Origin: a virus
Lineage: Duplodnaviria > Caudoviricetes
Length of the DNA stretch: 60,376 nt
Reading direction: 5' to 3' (one strand)
Virus record (IMG/VR): IMGVR_UViG_3300047548_000760
Span: 1 to 60,376 of that record
Shown: piece by piece, positions 23,801 to 33,524 of the stretch
Position numbering within the stretch: the first letter of the stretch is position 1
Layout: every line of letters begins with the position of its first letter
The notes under the pieces: generated by a model
What the model was told of the DNA's origin: nothing
What the model saw: the letters and a program-made list of their open reading frames with translations, nothing else
Database searches by the model: none
Translations under genes and position numbers: made by a program

Positions 23801-26800
23801 ACGCTCATGGTTGTATCGCTCTCGAAATACCAGCCGTTCGTGTCAAACTGGGTTGCCGTCCACCACGCCTCGTCCGAGAAGTACGGGTCCGGGCAGATCG
23901 ACGCCGGCACCACGAGGAGCTTGGAGGTGGTGATGGCGCCCGCTGACACCTTGGCGGCCGTCACGGCTCCAGCGTCGAGCTTGTTGGTTGAGATGGCGCC
24001 GTCGACAATGAGAGCGCCAGCGTTTCGGCGGCGAACCTGGATGTTCCTGAAGTGCCAACTTCCAGTGGCCCCAGCAGTCCCAGCGATCTGGACCGCGACC
24101 ATCGCGTACCGCTTGTTAGCCGGGACCAGCGCGGTGCCGGTTACCGTCTGCCATGAGTTAGTTGTCCGTGCGGCGTAGGCGGTCGTGATCCAGACGGAGT
24201 TGGTTCCACTCACATCGTCCGCAAACCGCAGCATTACTGCCGCATCGGCAGTTGGAGGGTTGTCTCCGGCCTGGGCTGGGTAGAAGGCGCCAGAAAGGTA
24301 GAACTCATCGCCCGGAGTGACATCGAACCATGGGCCAATGTAGGCATCGCGGTTGATTGTGCGCAGGCTCTTGATCGCCGCAGACAGGCCGCCGATGCCG
24401 GTGTTTGGGCCCGTGACCACGCCAGCAGTCCAGCCGTCGACCCCAGAGTCTCCGCTTGGGTTGGGGCAGAGGTTCTCGAAGTCGCCTACCGCAATCTTGG
24501 AGGACGTGATTGATCCGGCCGCGATTTTGTCGGCCGTCACCGCCCCGGCAAAGATGTTCCCCGCCTTGACCTCACCCGCTCCGATCTTGTCGGTCGTAAT
24601 GGCGCCGTTGGCGATGAGGGTGGTGTTCGAGGTGCGGAACAAGCGCACCTCGTCGGCGTAGGCGGACCCGGCCGTGAGGATGGATTCCACCTCTACGTCG
24701 ACGAAGGCGACTCCGGCGCCTACCGTGAATGAGACAGATGACTTGGTGTAGGCCGTGGTGGCAGCAGGGACGTAGGCCCCGACGGCGAACTGCACTTCGG
24801 TGGCAAGCGTGGCGTTGTAGCCGATGCATCGCACACGTGTACCGGTTCCGGTTGAGCTTGCGGCGTGCTTGATGTACGCCTCAGCGTAGAAGGTCTCGCC
24901 GGGCTCCACGGCGACCTTCTGCAAGTTCCTGAGCGCAGTGCCAGCGGCAATGTTGGTGTTCCTTGCCACCCAGGTGCCGCTCTTGGCATTGGTGGCGTCG
25001 GAAACGATTGCCCAACCAGACTCCTTGGACCAGCCAGCATCCCCTTCCTCGAAGTTCCAGTTGCGGGCCTGGACCGTGAAGTCGCCAACGGCGATCTTCG
25101 AGGCGGTAACCGCTCCAGCCTGAATCTTGGCCGCTGTGACTGCATCGGCGCCGATTTTTAGAGCGGTGATAGCTCCATCGACGATTAGCTCACCGCTGGC
25201 AGCGCGGCGCATTACCGGACCGCCGAAGCGCACTTCGGTGGCACTATCGTTGCTCTTGTAAAACCGGATGCGACCGAACCGCTTGTTGGCTGGTGCGAGT
25301 ACAGTTCTTGTGCTGGCCGTGACCGTCGACGCAGAAACCGAGGTGAAGTCGGTCTCGGTTAGGTTTGTCCCGGCTTCATCATCGGCCCAATGCATGTTCC
25401 AGGTGGCGTTTCCAGTGCCGGCCGCCACGCGGGCCTGAATGCTCACGTAGTAGCTGAATCCGGGCTCGACAGGCACCCACTTTGAGGTCACGAAGCCGGC
25501 GTAGGCGCCAGCCGCTCCCGTGATGATCAGGTAGCGGGTGGAGCGGAACCCACTGTCAGTCGCAGCCGATACTCCCCAGGTCGACGTTCCAAGGCTGCCC
25601 CATGCGCCAGCATCGGTCATGCTGGCGTCAGAGATCAGGTTGGAGAAGTCCCCCACACTGATCTTGGAGGCTAGAACGGCTCCGGCTTGGATCTTGTCCG
25701 CGGTGACCGCGTCAGTGCTGATCTTCAGTGCCGTGATGGCCCCGTCAACGATCATCTCCGCGTTAGCTGCCCGACGGGCAATGATCCTGGTGATGTACCA
25801 AGCCCCTACAGGGGAGGCGTTGACGTTGCTGCGGATGTAAAGGCGGATGTACGCCACCGGCAGACCAGAGACGGTCGCCGGCACAGTGACCGTGCCGCTG
25901 AAGCGTGTCCAAGTTGTGTAGCTGGTCGCCGTAAGGGTGCCGATCTGGATGCCAAGGTTGGTGCCCAGCGTGGAGTCGGCGTACCGCATCTGCGCCGCCA
26001 AAGTGCCGTTTGTGTTGGCTTCAGCGGCGGCCGTGAACTCGAAGTAGAAGGTCTCGCCCGGGGCGGCTGCAATCCAGGTGGTTGGCAGGAGGTCTGTGAC
26101 CGTTGTGGGGACGGGCCTCGTGAAGACGTATTCCGTGGGCGCGTCAGCGGGAACGCCAGCCGTTGAGCGCAAGACCACAGACCCCGAGGCCCCAAGCTGC
26201 AAGCCATCGGTCGAACCCCCAGCGAAGTCCGGGTTGCGCCAGATGTTGGTCATGTCCGCCACTGCGATCTTGGACGCAATGACGGCGTTGGCGGCGATCT
26301 TGTCAGCGGTGACAGCGCTGGCGCGAATCTTTGCGGCGGTCAGCGTGTTGTCCACGATGACGTTGCCGCCGAAGACCACGGTGAGCGCAGTCCATGTTCC
26401 GGCGCTGGAGCGGATGCGGGTCTCGGAGTAGGGGGTGGCCGAGTTGTGGAGCGTGACCGTGTCACCCGCGATCGGAGATACCCCTCCGGCGTCCGCAATG
26501 GCCGTTGCAGCCTCCGAATCGGACCAAGTGGACCCAGAGATCGCCCGGGCCGTTGTGATGGCTCCACGGGCCCCGTAGAGCCTCCAGTAGGTGTTTGAGG
26601 TCGTCGGATAGGCTGGCGGAGTGACCGAAACGCTGGAGATGTGCGCCAGGATGCAGACCCATCGGAACCCGGAGTTGGTCACGATGTCCCCAACCCCGTA
26701 GGCCACAGACGCAGAAGACCAGTCGCCGACCAACACGTTGCGGGTTGCGCCGGCCTCGGCCGTCGTGTCGCCCAGGCGGATCAGGTTGGCGTAAGCCGCA

Positions 26801-27159
26801 AGGCTGCCCGCCGTGGCGCCGATGGCGACCTGCTTGGCGGCGCCGAACTGCGCCAGGGTCATGTAGGCCGTGTCGCCGTCCCCGGTGCCCGGCAGCCCGA
26901 AGATGTACTCCGTGATGTCGAGCTTGTTCAGGTTGGTGTCGAGCGTGACCCCGTTGGAGGCCGCCCAGTTGGCCTGCTCTGCATCCAACCCCTGCCTCAG
27001 AAGGGTGAGGGCTACCGTCTGCTCAGCCGGGGTGGCCACGCCGTCCACATACGTGAACCCGGCTGCACTGGAGATGACCTGGAGCGCAGGACCATCCAGC
27101 CCGTCGACGCCGTCGTAGACGTCGACGATTGTGATTTCACCCGTGGAGACTATGGGCAT
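20896..27159 (-). CDS. Long tail fibre / receptor-binding protein (2,087 aa)
   Basis: Repeated IVDGAIT-KI-A-AVTA-KI-AG shaft segments alternate with seven carbohydrate-binding-like modules; CBM5/12-like motif near the N-terminus. Confidence 0.85.
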   Translation of the reverse strand: MPIVSTGEITIVDVYDGVDGLDGPALQVISSAAGFTYVDGVATPAEQTVALTLLRQGLDAEQANWAASNGVTLDTNLNKLDITEYIFGLPGTGDGDTAYMTLAQFGAAKQVAIGATAGSLAAYANLIRLGDTTAEAGATRNVLVGDWSSASVAYGVGDIVTNSGFRWVCILAHISSVSVTPPAYPTTSNTYWRLYGARGAITTARAISGSTWSDSEAATAIADAGGVSPIAGDTVTLHNSATPYSETRIRSSAGTWTALTVVFGGNVIVDNTLTAAKIRASAVTADKIAANAVIASKIAVADMTNIWRNPDFAGGSTDGLQLGASGSVVLRSTAGVPADAPTEYVFTRPVPTTVTDLLPTTWIAAAPGETFYFEFTAAAEANTNGTLAAQMRYADSTLGTNLGIQIGTLTATSYTTWTRFSGTVTVPATVSGLPVAYIRLYIRSNVNASPVGAWYITRIIARRAANAEMIVDGAITALKISTDAVTADKIQAGAVLASKISVGDFSNLISDASMTDAGAWGSLGTSTWGVSAATDSGFRSTRYLIITGAAGAYAGFVTSKWVPVEPGFSYYVSIQARVAAGTGNATWNMHWADDEAGTNLTETDFTSVSASTVTASTRTVLAPANKRFGRIRFYKSNDSATEVRFGGPVMRRAASGELIVDGAITALKIGADAVTAAKIQAGAVTASKIAVGDFTVQARNWNFEEGDAGWSKESGWAIVSDATNAKSGTWVARNTNIAAGTALRNLQKVAVEPGETFYAEAYIKHAASSTGTGTRVRCIGYNATLATEVQFAVGAYVPAATTAYTKSSVSFTVGAGVAFVDVEVESILTAGSAYADEVRLFRTSNTTLIANGAITTDKIGAGEVKAGNIFAGAVTADKIAAGSITSSKIAVGDFENLCPNPSGDSGVDGWTAGVVTGPNTGIGGLSAAIKSLRTINRDAYIGPWFDVTPGDEFYLSGAFYPAQAGDNPPTADAAVMLRFADDVSGTNSVWITTAYAARTTNSWQTVTGTALVPANKRYAMVAVQIAGTAGATGSWHFRNIQVRRRNAGALIVDGAISTNKLDAGAVTAAKVSAGAITTSKLLVVPASICPDPYFSDEAWWTATQFDTNGWYFESDTTMSVGKHASLWSGHPTNNPGALRKHIWSGSVAVPSIGTWVRLRARMRNNSNQSFYVAARFYNRLNADLADITLTSTAGSGTQDLTAQGQVPANAVSVRFLIYNEANNTFSGSVSASAVILDQAATADLIVDGAIATNKLAANAVTAAKIAAGTITATEIAAATITGEKIAANTISASNIAADTITAAQIAAGAISASEIAAGAITTEKLLVTGRGMALNADPNTQDVTAWIGTGLSIIADATSPVGATVLRCATAGMTFVSERVPLDASRNYEYRIWTRQETGSSTTYLTVAFYDANDGIISGGASGWPSQGTYHYFGLVNGTLPAAWTEYRISFGPNESATIPAGARYIRVGLLSNFSGTGTQLATGIRLMLKADANLIVDGSILASKIAANAVTAAKIDAGAVTTAKLAAGAVTANELSANAVTAGKIAAGAVSAAQISAGAITTDKLLVTGQGTALNDDPACMDLSAWTITGGTVVQGSSAAGSAEGRYFFDLPAGSSTDVQVNSRRFPINSSRTYSATAQLFVDAGNNRNMYVTVRMWDGNGTELTGASTGWGGTYAGYTYGGLPTPGDWARYGGQFGAGTARPIPASAKEAAIMVWFRYSSGSGTARQAAQAIRCQEVASADLIVDGAITANKIAANAIAVGTAAIQNGAIVNAMIGNAAIDSAKIADAAITTAKIGDAQITNAKINDLNASKITAGTISADRIGAGSITATKIDGANLKITAGGVQLGHDVGPSSGHYGLSLSGSNFNDIFLKRNDGVSFFRVNSGGSQSMEFDSAGGALNIRGSINGGAFTGYAWPAVNNYGFHLGPNGLLLGNANNNRYFQVDNTGNVYAPGFSIVNGSASFSGSLSAAIVNTDQIVGNAASSSSVATSTTDTVSVTVSVPASASALFIQYYLGPPTFTAGSSGGKFGGGTADVYGPIVTGLTDNGTPTGVIVVAPSAGNHTITVTRSYYTGTMRLSVLVMKR

Positions 27160-27244
27160 GTGGCCTACCTCTTGCCGCGCCTAAATGCGTTCGGGGCCAG
27201 CAAAGTGACTGGCTGCGTATTGCGGGTGGTACTGCGCTGCATTC

Positions 27245-28459
27245 TTAGGAGGCAGTGAACGAGGTGTTCAGCATGAATGCGGTTTGCAGCGTGGCGCCGT
27301 TGACGTAGACCGCCCGGTAGTACCGGGTCATCACCGGGACGGACAGGTAGACCACCGCGTTGGCCGCAACAGCCGTATCCGCCGTGGCCCGCCGCCATGT
27401 GGTGTTGTCGTTGGAGCACTCGATGCGCAGCGTCCCGGCTTGGTCGGCAAAGGCTGAGGCATTGAAGGCGGAGTAGCGATGCACGGCAGCGGCCGCTACA
27501 CCGACATCGCGGGAGGTGCCCGTTACCGTCGCAGAAGCTGCCTGGGCTGTCGTGCTCTCGTTGTAGAACACGTTGTCCTGTGCCGCGACCACCGGAGTGC
27601 CAGAGACCGTAACGGTCGTCGTGGGCATCGTGGTGACCGCCACCGCCAGGGCCTGACCCGCGACGGACTGGCCGCGCCCTGCTGTGATTTCCGCCGTCAG
27701 CTCTGCGTAGTCCTGGCAGGCCACGTACTGGAGAGTTGCGTTGGTGCTGGAAGCCGGGGCGGTGCCGCCGTTGAGCCAACGGACCCGGATCTTGTAGACC
27801 GCGTTGGGGTCAGGGATCTGCTGGTGGCGGCGGTAGCTGTTGGCCCGGCCCGCAGTGGAGTCAAGCGTGGCGCTGTGGAACCAGCACTCGTCGGCAAACG
27901 GCTCGATCTCATAGACCCCCGTGCCAGCCGTGGTGACCACGGTGGACGCCGCGCTGTCGAGCGGAGTCACACCGGAGTTTTGCACCCGGTACTTGGCCTG
28001 GGTGACGGTCGTGCCGTCGAAAAGCCAAGCGGCCGAGTGCAGGCCGTCAGGCACTCCAGTAGTTGCGTTGACCGAGATGGCCTCGACCAGGAAGGTCTGG
28101 TTGGCGATCCGCTGGGACAGGGTCAGTTGAAAGCCCACGCGGAACGGGACAGTGAATGTCTCTTTTGAGAGCACCGACGTTTCCGAGCTTGCCGTGGCCC
28201 CACTGGCCATTACCAGCGTGCCGGCCGCAACGGAGATGGACCCACCCGAGCCGATAGAACTGTCCCAGTTGGCGGCGTTCAGCGAAGACCCCGGGAAGCT
28301 GTCCCGGAACTTCTTCTGCACGCTCTTGACCTTGAGCATGTCGTCTTGGGCGTCGTAGCCCATGACGCGCTGGTAAGGGGTGTGGACCCCGCCACTGTCT
28401 TGGGTCCGCATCGTGAGCAGCGTGCCCGATGCGTCCCGTACCTGAATGTTGTCTGCCAT
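27245..28459 (-). CDS. Virion/tail-associated beta-rich protein
   Basis: AGGAG RBS; Ser/Thr/Ala-rich; tail context. Confidence 0.7.
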   Translation of the reverse strand: MADNIQVRDASGTLLTMRTQDSGGVHTPYQRVMGYDAQDDMLKVKSVQKKFRDSFPGSSLNAANWDSSIGSGGSISVAAGTLVMASGATASSETSVLSKETFTVPFRVGFQLTLSQRIANQTFLVEAISVNATTGVPDGLHSAAWLFDGTTVTQAKYRVQNSGVTPLDSAASTVVTTAGTGVYEIEPFADECWFHSATLDSTAGRANSYRRHQQIPDPNAVYKIRVRWLNGGTAPASSTNATLQYVACQDYAELTAEITAGRGQSVAGQALAVAVTTMPTTTVTVSGTPVVAAQDNVFYNESTTAQAASATVTGTSRDVGVAAAAVHRYSAFNASAFADQAGTLRIECSNDNTTWRRATADTAVAANAVVYLSVPVMTRYYRAVYVNGATLQTAFMLNTSFTAS

Positions 28460-28482
28460 GCGGTTCTCCTGATGTCAGCGGC

Positions 28483-29958
28483 TTACGGACGGTTGGACTC
28501 GACCAAGATCCGCCCTTTCACGTCGATCTCATCGCCCGTTACCGTGATCTGCCATGGCGTCGTGGTGACCGTGCGCAGACCATTGGTGGCCAGCGTCCCG
28601 GTGCCGGTGCAGCCGAAGAGTTTTCCGCCAACAAAGTCCGTGATGGCGGACGGCGCAGGGAAGTCCGTGAAGTTCAGCCACGTCGTCGTGGACGGGGCGC
28701 GGATCGTGACGGTGTTGGTGCCCGCGCTGGCCACCTCATAGAAGAAGGCGTCACCGTTCGGCTTCACGCACTTGATCAGCATGCCGGCCGTGAAGGCATA
28801 GCTGGTGCCGCTGTACGTGAACTGTGCGCTTGCGCCCGTGGTGTGCGCGGTGATGTTCGCTCCGCCAGCCGTGCTGATCTTCGCGGTATCCACGAAGCCG
28901 GCGCGCTTGCCGTTCTTGTCGTACAGGGTGTAAGTGAAGCTCCACCCGGTCAGATCAGTGACCCTTGACGCGCCGTAATAGACCTCCGGCGTGAGGGTTG
29001 TACTGCCCTGCCCGTTTTGCAGCTTGTCGCCAGTTGAGGAGATGACCTTGGTGTCGTACGGGTCGCTGATGTCGTAGATCGTGAAGTAGGCCGTGTACGT
29101 CTTGGCGTCGTTGTCAGTGATCTCGACCTTGTAGACGCCGATGTCGGACACCGCGGTCTCATTGATCGTCAATGTGTTGAACGCATTCCCGGCCGCGGTG
29201 GGGATGTTCGAGTTCAGTGTGGTTGTGGCAGGCGAAGTGCCCGCCGTGGTCGTGCTCAGTCCGTACTTGGTCGCCACGTTGGGCAGGGAGGTCGTGATCT
29301 GCGTGCTGCCGCCCGCCTCGTACCACTTGTACGTCAGGTTCGTGGTGTCGACGCCGCCGGAGCGGACCAAGTCCGCCGCCACCGCGATGTTGTTCTTGGT
29401 CTGCCCGGTGGCCTCCTCGATGTTGGTCTGACCCCGGATGGCGATGAAGACCGCATTGGTGCCAGTCTTCACGGTGTTGAGCGTGATCTGGCACGTGATG
29501 TGGGTCACAAGCGCGGTCGCCGGGTCCGTAAAGTCCGCATCGAAGAAGAGCGTGAAGCTCCCGACTGAGTCCTTCAGGTTGCCGGTGATCGTGAACGTCG
29601 AGGCCGTGCTGGCGCCGTTGGCCGCATGGCTGACTGTGAACGGAGTGCTCAGTTGCACGTCAGAGTTGTTCACGAAAGACGTGGACGTTGTACCGCTGAC
29701 TAGCGCAGCGCCGCCAGCCGTGAGGGCGAACTGCTTGTTGGTGAGCGCGCCCCAGGCCTGCGCGGAGGTGAAGCCTCCAATCGAAATCTGGGGGGTCAGC
29801 GTTAGCGGCGAACTGAACCAGCTCGGGGTGTAGCCGACCGTCGACTCGTCTTTCGTGTAGACCTGCTGCGTACCCCCGCTGGCGGTCAGCGCTGCAGTGA
29901 TGGTTCTCGCGTCGTTGGTGTCGACGATGGTTATTTGGCCGGTGCTTACGATAGGCAT
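28483..29958 (-). CDS. Tail protein with tandem Ig-like domains
   Basis: GQITIVDTND, FTIYDISDP and SSTGDKLQNGQGSTTLT motifs. Confidence 0.75.
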   Translation of the reverse strand: MPIVSTGQITIVDTNDARTITAALTASGGTQQVYTKDESTVGYTPSWFSSPLTLTPQISIGGFTSAQAWGALTNKQFALTAGGAALVSGTTSTSFVNNSDVQLSTPFTVSHAANGASTASTFTITGNLKDSVGSFTLFFDADFTDPATALVTHITCQITLNTVKTGTNAVFIAIRGQTNIEEATGQTKNNIAVAADLVRSGGVDTTNLTYKWYEAGGSTQITTSLPNVATKYGLSTTTAGTSPATTTLNSNIPTAAGNAFNTLTINETAVSDIGVYKVEITDNDAKTYTAYFTIYDISDPYDTKVISSTGDKLQNGQGSTTLTPEVYYGASRVTDLTGWSFTYTLYDKNGKRAGFVDTAKISTAGGANITAHTTGASAQFTYSGTSYAFTAGMLIKCVKPNGDAFFYEVASAGTNTVTIRAPSTTTWLNFTDFPAPSAITDFVGGKLFGCTGTGTLATNGLRTVTTTPWQITVTGDEIDVKGRILVESNRP

Positions 29959-29970
29959 GATGCGGGTCCT

Positions 29971-31797
29971 TTACGGGCTGACGATGTCGCAAAAGAACGT
30001 GGCTCTTGCGAACACGGAGTCGACGTTGATGTCGACCTGCTTGTAGCCTGTCTGGTACAGGCTGTTCCAGGTCGCGTCATCGTTGGGTGGCGCTTGCGGG
30101 ACGGCGGAAACCCGCCGCCAACGGAACCAGCCGTCGGGTGTGACGTCTGTAACTTCGGCACCGTTTTTGAAAAGCCGGGCTTTCAGCAGCGTGTTGGTAC
30201 TCTGCCCAACGCGGAAAATCGTTCCGTTGGTCGACTCCACAGTCAACAGGAATAGCTGCCCGTCGACGAGATACTCGACCCAGGCCAGCGGAGTGCCGGT
30301 GAGCACGTAGCTCTTGCCGTCGGTCGTGTTTTTGTAGACCGAGTTCTGCTTCCACGCGGCGCCGAGTTGCACCTGGGTGGGTGCGGACGCAAAGGCGCCA
30401 ACGTAGTTCAAGGACGGGACGAGCGCATTGGCCGCCACATCCGAGATCAGCACGTTGTTGCTGTTGACGTTGACGTAGGCCGTCGGCGCGATCTCGCCCG
30501 TGTAGTCGAAGATCGTGTTGCCCAGCAGGTCCTTGATGTCCAGACCGCGAGAGTCGATGTCCAGCGCCTCGACCACGGAGGTGAAGTCCACGCCGTCGTA
30601 GCGGTATATCTTTGAGTCCGAGGTCTGGAAGACTGTGTTGGGCCCGGTGTAGCCCAGCGCAGGCGGCAGGTTCTCGACGACACCCAGCGGCTGATACCCG
30701 GGCGCGAAGACGCCGGACGTGATGGCGTCGCTGGCCAGCTTGCTGGTATCGACTGCACCCGCCGCGATCTGCGCGGCCTCGATGGTCCCGCTGAGGTCAA
30801 CGGTCGGCACGGACGCGACGTAGGCCGTCCCGTCCCAGCGGTAGAGCTTGCCGTCGGTGGTGTTGAAGACCGCGTTCGTGGACTTGGTGGTCGGCAACGA
30901 GGTCACGATGGTGACCGGCTCGATGTCCGAAGCAAACTTGGCCGTCGTCAACGCCGCGTCTGCGATCTGCTCTGCTGAGATTTGGCCGACTAAGTCAGCA
31001 GTCGGGACCGAGGCTACATACGCCTCACCATCCCATCTGTAGAGCTTGCCGTCGGTGGAATTGAAGATCGTGTTCGTCGACTTCGTCGTCGGCACCGCCG
31101 AGACCACGGACACCGGCTCAATGCCGGATGCGAACTTGGTGGCCTCAACCGCCTCCGCCGCGAGCTTTGTCGCAGTGACGGCGCCGCTGGCGAGGTTGCC
31201 GGCCTCGACAATCAGCGGGCCCAGGTCCGTATTGCCGATCTTTCCGGTCGTGGCCTCCAGCCCGTTTGTGCCGCCTGCGGGGCTGACGCTGAGGACGCCG
31301 TCAGAGGACTCCCACTTGATCCACAGCCTCCACGTCGTAGAGAGGTTGCTGGGGTGGGAATGGACGCTTCCGGTGAACTGCGCGATCTCCACGGCGTCGG
31401 CGAACGCCGGCAGCGGGTCGCCTGCCGAGATGGTCTTGCCGTACAGGCGCGTGCGAAAGTGCCCGTGGCCTTGTGAGTACGCCGGGTCGTCGTGCTCGAT
31501 GAAGATGTTGTTCAGGCCAGCGGCGACGGAGAACCCCGTCGGCGTCGGCGGCGGGGTGAGATCCGGCTCGGTCTCGGTCGCCTGTGGCTGGATTGGCAGC
31601 GTGGAGCCGCCTACCGACAGGGATGTGGGCGTGCGCCCGGGCTTGAGCTTTGCCAGCCCGCTGTCGAGCAGGTCGCGCAACGTCACGCCACGATCGAGCG
31701 GGTCTCCCGTTCGTCCGAGGTACGTCATCAAGGTCTCGCGCACGCGAGCCTCGAAGTTCGTCGAACTCGGTGTTGGGAGGTCTTTGCGGTCGGACAT
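29971..31797 (-). CDS. Proximal tail fibre protein
   Basis: N-terminal anchor (GDPLDRGVTLRDL), FN3-like PPPTPTG, internal repeats (FNSTDGKLYRWDG), C-terminal Ig-like domain. Confidence 0.75.
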   Translation of the reverse strand: MSDRKDLPTPSSTNFEARVRETLMTYLGRTGDPLDRGVTLRDLLDSGLAKLKPGRTPTSLSVGGSTLPIQPQATETEPDLTPPPTPTGFSVAAGLNNIFIEHDDPAYSQGHGHFRTRLYGKTISAGDPLPAFADAVEIAQFTGSVHSHPSNLSTTWRLWIKWESSDGVLSVSPAGGTNGLEATTGKIGNTDLGPLIVEAGNLASGAVTATKLAAEAVEATKFASGIEPVSVVSAVPTTKSTNTIFNSTDGKLYRWDGEAYVASVPTADLVGQISAEQIADAALTTAKFASDIEPVTIVTSLPTTKSTNAVFNTTDGKLYRWDGTAYVASVPTVDLSGTIEAAQIAAGAVDTSKLASDAITSGVFAPGYQPLGVVENLPPALGYTGPNTVFQTSDSKIYRYDGVDFTSVVEALDIDSRGLDIKDLLGNTIFDYTGEIAPTAYVNVNSNNVLISDVAANALVPSLNYVGAFASAPTQVQLGAAWKQNSVYKNTTDGKSYVLTGTPLAWVEYLVDGQLFLLTVESTNGTIFRVGQSTNTLLKARLFKNGAEVTDVTPDGWFRWRRVSAVPQAPPNDDATWNSLYQTGYKQVDINVDSVFARATFFCDIVSP

Positions 31798-31811
31798 GGT
31801 GGCCGCGGTCT

Positions 31812-33506
31812 TCAGGACTGGCGTAGCTCTTCGACGCTGCTGGCGATCGCAGCGGCCTGCACTGCTCCGGAGGACTCAAGCTCGATGCGCCAGTCAGACG
31901 CCATGAATCCACCGGGCAGGCGCACCGCGCTCTCGTCGGGCACGGAGATCGTGCAGCGGAAGGTGGTGGCATCTGGCGCCGAGAAATACGTCGGGTTCCT
32001 GGCAACCAGAGCCGACACGGTGGACGCCGGCAGGTTCATGGCGTCCACGCGCATCGTCACCGGGTAGGTTTCGGACTGGACCTCGGCTGCCGCAAACGTC
32101 ACCGGCTGCGGGGCCTTGAACTGCTTGGACCGAAAGCGCGCAGTCAGTGCGGAAGCGCCCGCGTCCCAGCGGCGCACGGACGTGCCATCGAGCACGTACA
32201 GCTGGTCCTGCAGCTCGTCGAAGTGCATCGCCGAGTAGCCGGCGTCGAGGAAGTAGATGCCGGCGTTCTGATCGGCGGGGTTGATCATGAACCCCTTGCG
32301 GCCGCTGCCGTCGTCGTAGCTGCCGAAGTACAGGCCTTCGTACATCCGGCCCACGATCGAGGAAGGCACCAGGGCCTGCCAGTCCTCGCGCGTCATCAGG
32401 CCCGCCGTGAGAATGCGTGGGCCGCCTGCGCCGTACCAGCACAGACCGTCGGAGCTTGCCCAGGCCACGCCCGTGCCCATGCTGACGGCTGAGCGTGCAG
32501 CCACGCACCCCTGGGGAATCTCGAGCGGCACCTGATCCATGGCCTCGGGTGTCGATCCCTGAACCAGCATCGGCCGGCCCGTTGTCAGCACCAGCAGGCT
32601 TTGCCCGAAGACGCCAAGTGCAACGGGCGTGGAGTCCGGGGGAACGAGGTCATACCGGGTCGGCCACGCATAGGGCGTGTAGGGCTCGCAGAACTTGACG
32701 GCGCGCCCGGAGATGCCAGCCAGCATGCCGTTCCACAGCGCGGTCAGGTTGGTCATGCTGGCAGGCGGCATCGCCCAGGTGGTTGTCGGGAGCACCTCGC
32801 CAAGCGTTCGGTTGTCGTCGGTCGTGCTCGCGGTGCCGGCAGCGATCTCGCGCAGGAACAGGAACTCGGTGGCGCCGCTGGAGCCCGTCTCTGTGCGGTA
32901 GATGCGAATCTTGTCGATGCCGTAGCTGCCCGACGGCGGCGCCGAGAAGGAGCCGATGGTGGCGGTGTCGTCGATCTTGCGCGTGTTGGTAGCGCTGACC
33001 GGACTGGGTGCTGACTCCCAGCCCCACGAGCTCACGTAGGTGTAGACGTAGAAGACGGTCTGAAGCTCGCTGGCCGAGCCGCTGGCCACCGTGCTGACGG
33101 AGGGCGCAGCCGATGGTGCAGGCACGCCCAGGAACCGCCAGTTGGCCCCGGGGTTGTCCTGCGGGTCCACGCCATCGAGCGAGAGGTTGTCAGTGACCTT
33201 CGGGGCGCCATCGCCCGTGTAGTAGGTGCGCTCGGTCGTGTCCGAGGTGTCGTAGCCGCGCACGGCATGAACTACGCCGGTCCAACTCAGCCAGTATTGG
33301 GCATCGCTGGCCACATCCCGGCCCATGCGGTAGATGGTCTGCCGGCCCGAGGGGACGGTGGCCACCGTTTGCGGCTGCTTCCATGGGCGCAGGTCTCCGC
33401 GCCCGGGCTTTTGGTTGCGGCTGATGGTGCCAATCTGCTCGGGTAGCAAGGTGGGGTGGCTTGCACGCGCCTCACCGGCAAAGCCGCGCAAGCGGATCAG
33501 CGCCAT
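31812..33506 (-). CDS. Podovirus tail tubular/nozzle protein
   Basis: 564 aa, beta-propeller-like; position after the adaptor genes. Confidence 0.7.
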   Translation of the reverse strand: MALIRLRGFAGEARASHPTLLPEQIGTISRNQKPGRGDLRPWKQPQTVATVPSGRQTIYRMGRDVASDAQYWLSWTGVVHAVRGYDTSDTTERTYYTGDGAPKVTDNLSLDGVDPQDNPGANWRFLGVPAPSAAPSVSTVASGSASELQTVFYVYTYVSSWGWESAPSPVSATNTRKIDDTATIGSFSAPPSGSYGIDKIRIYRTETGSSGATEFLFLREIAAGTASTTDDNRTLGEVLPTTTWAMPPASMTNLTALWNGMLAGISGRAVKFCEPYTPYAWPTRYDLVPPDSTPVALGVFGQSLLVLTTGRPMLVQGSTPEAMDQVPLEIPQGCVAARSAVSMGTGVAWASSDGLCWYGAGGPRILTAGLMTREDWQALVPSSIVGRMYEGLYFGSYDDGSGRKGFMINPADQNAGIYFLDAGYSAMHFDELQDQLYVLDGTSVRRWDAGASALTARFRSKQFKAPQPVTFAAAEVQSETYPVTMRVDAMNLPASTVSALVARNPTYFSAPDATTFRCTISVPDESAVRLPGGFMASDWRIELESSGAVQAAAIASSVEELRQS

Positions 33507-33524
33507 AGGGTTCTCACCATCGCG

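Noticed and set aside
24800-24814. 14/15 match to the late motif, antisense inside the tail fibre gene
   Set aside because: Lacks the conserved A of the CANNNT box and is intragenic; probably incidental
27165-27242. 25-aa ORF MQRSTTRNTQPVTLLAPNAFRRGKR between tail genes
   Set aside because: Fills the gap but has weak SD and codon support; left uncalled
20896-31797. Diversity-generating retroelement or invertase tail-switching system
   Set aside because: No reverse transcriptase, template/variable repeat pair or serine invertase recognised
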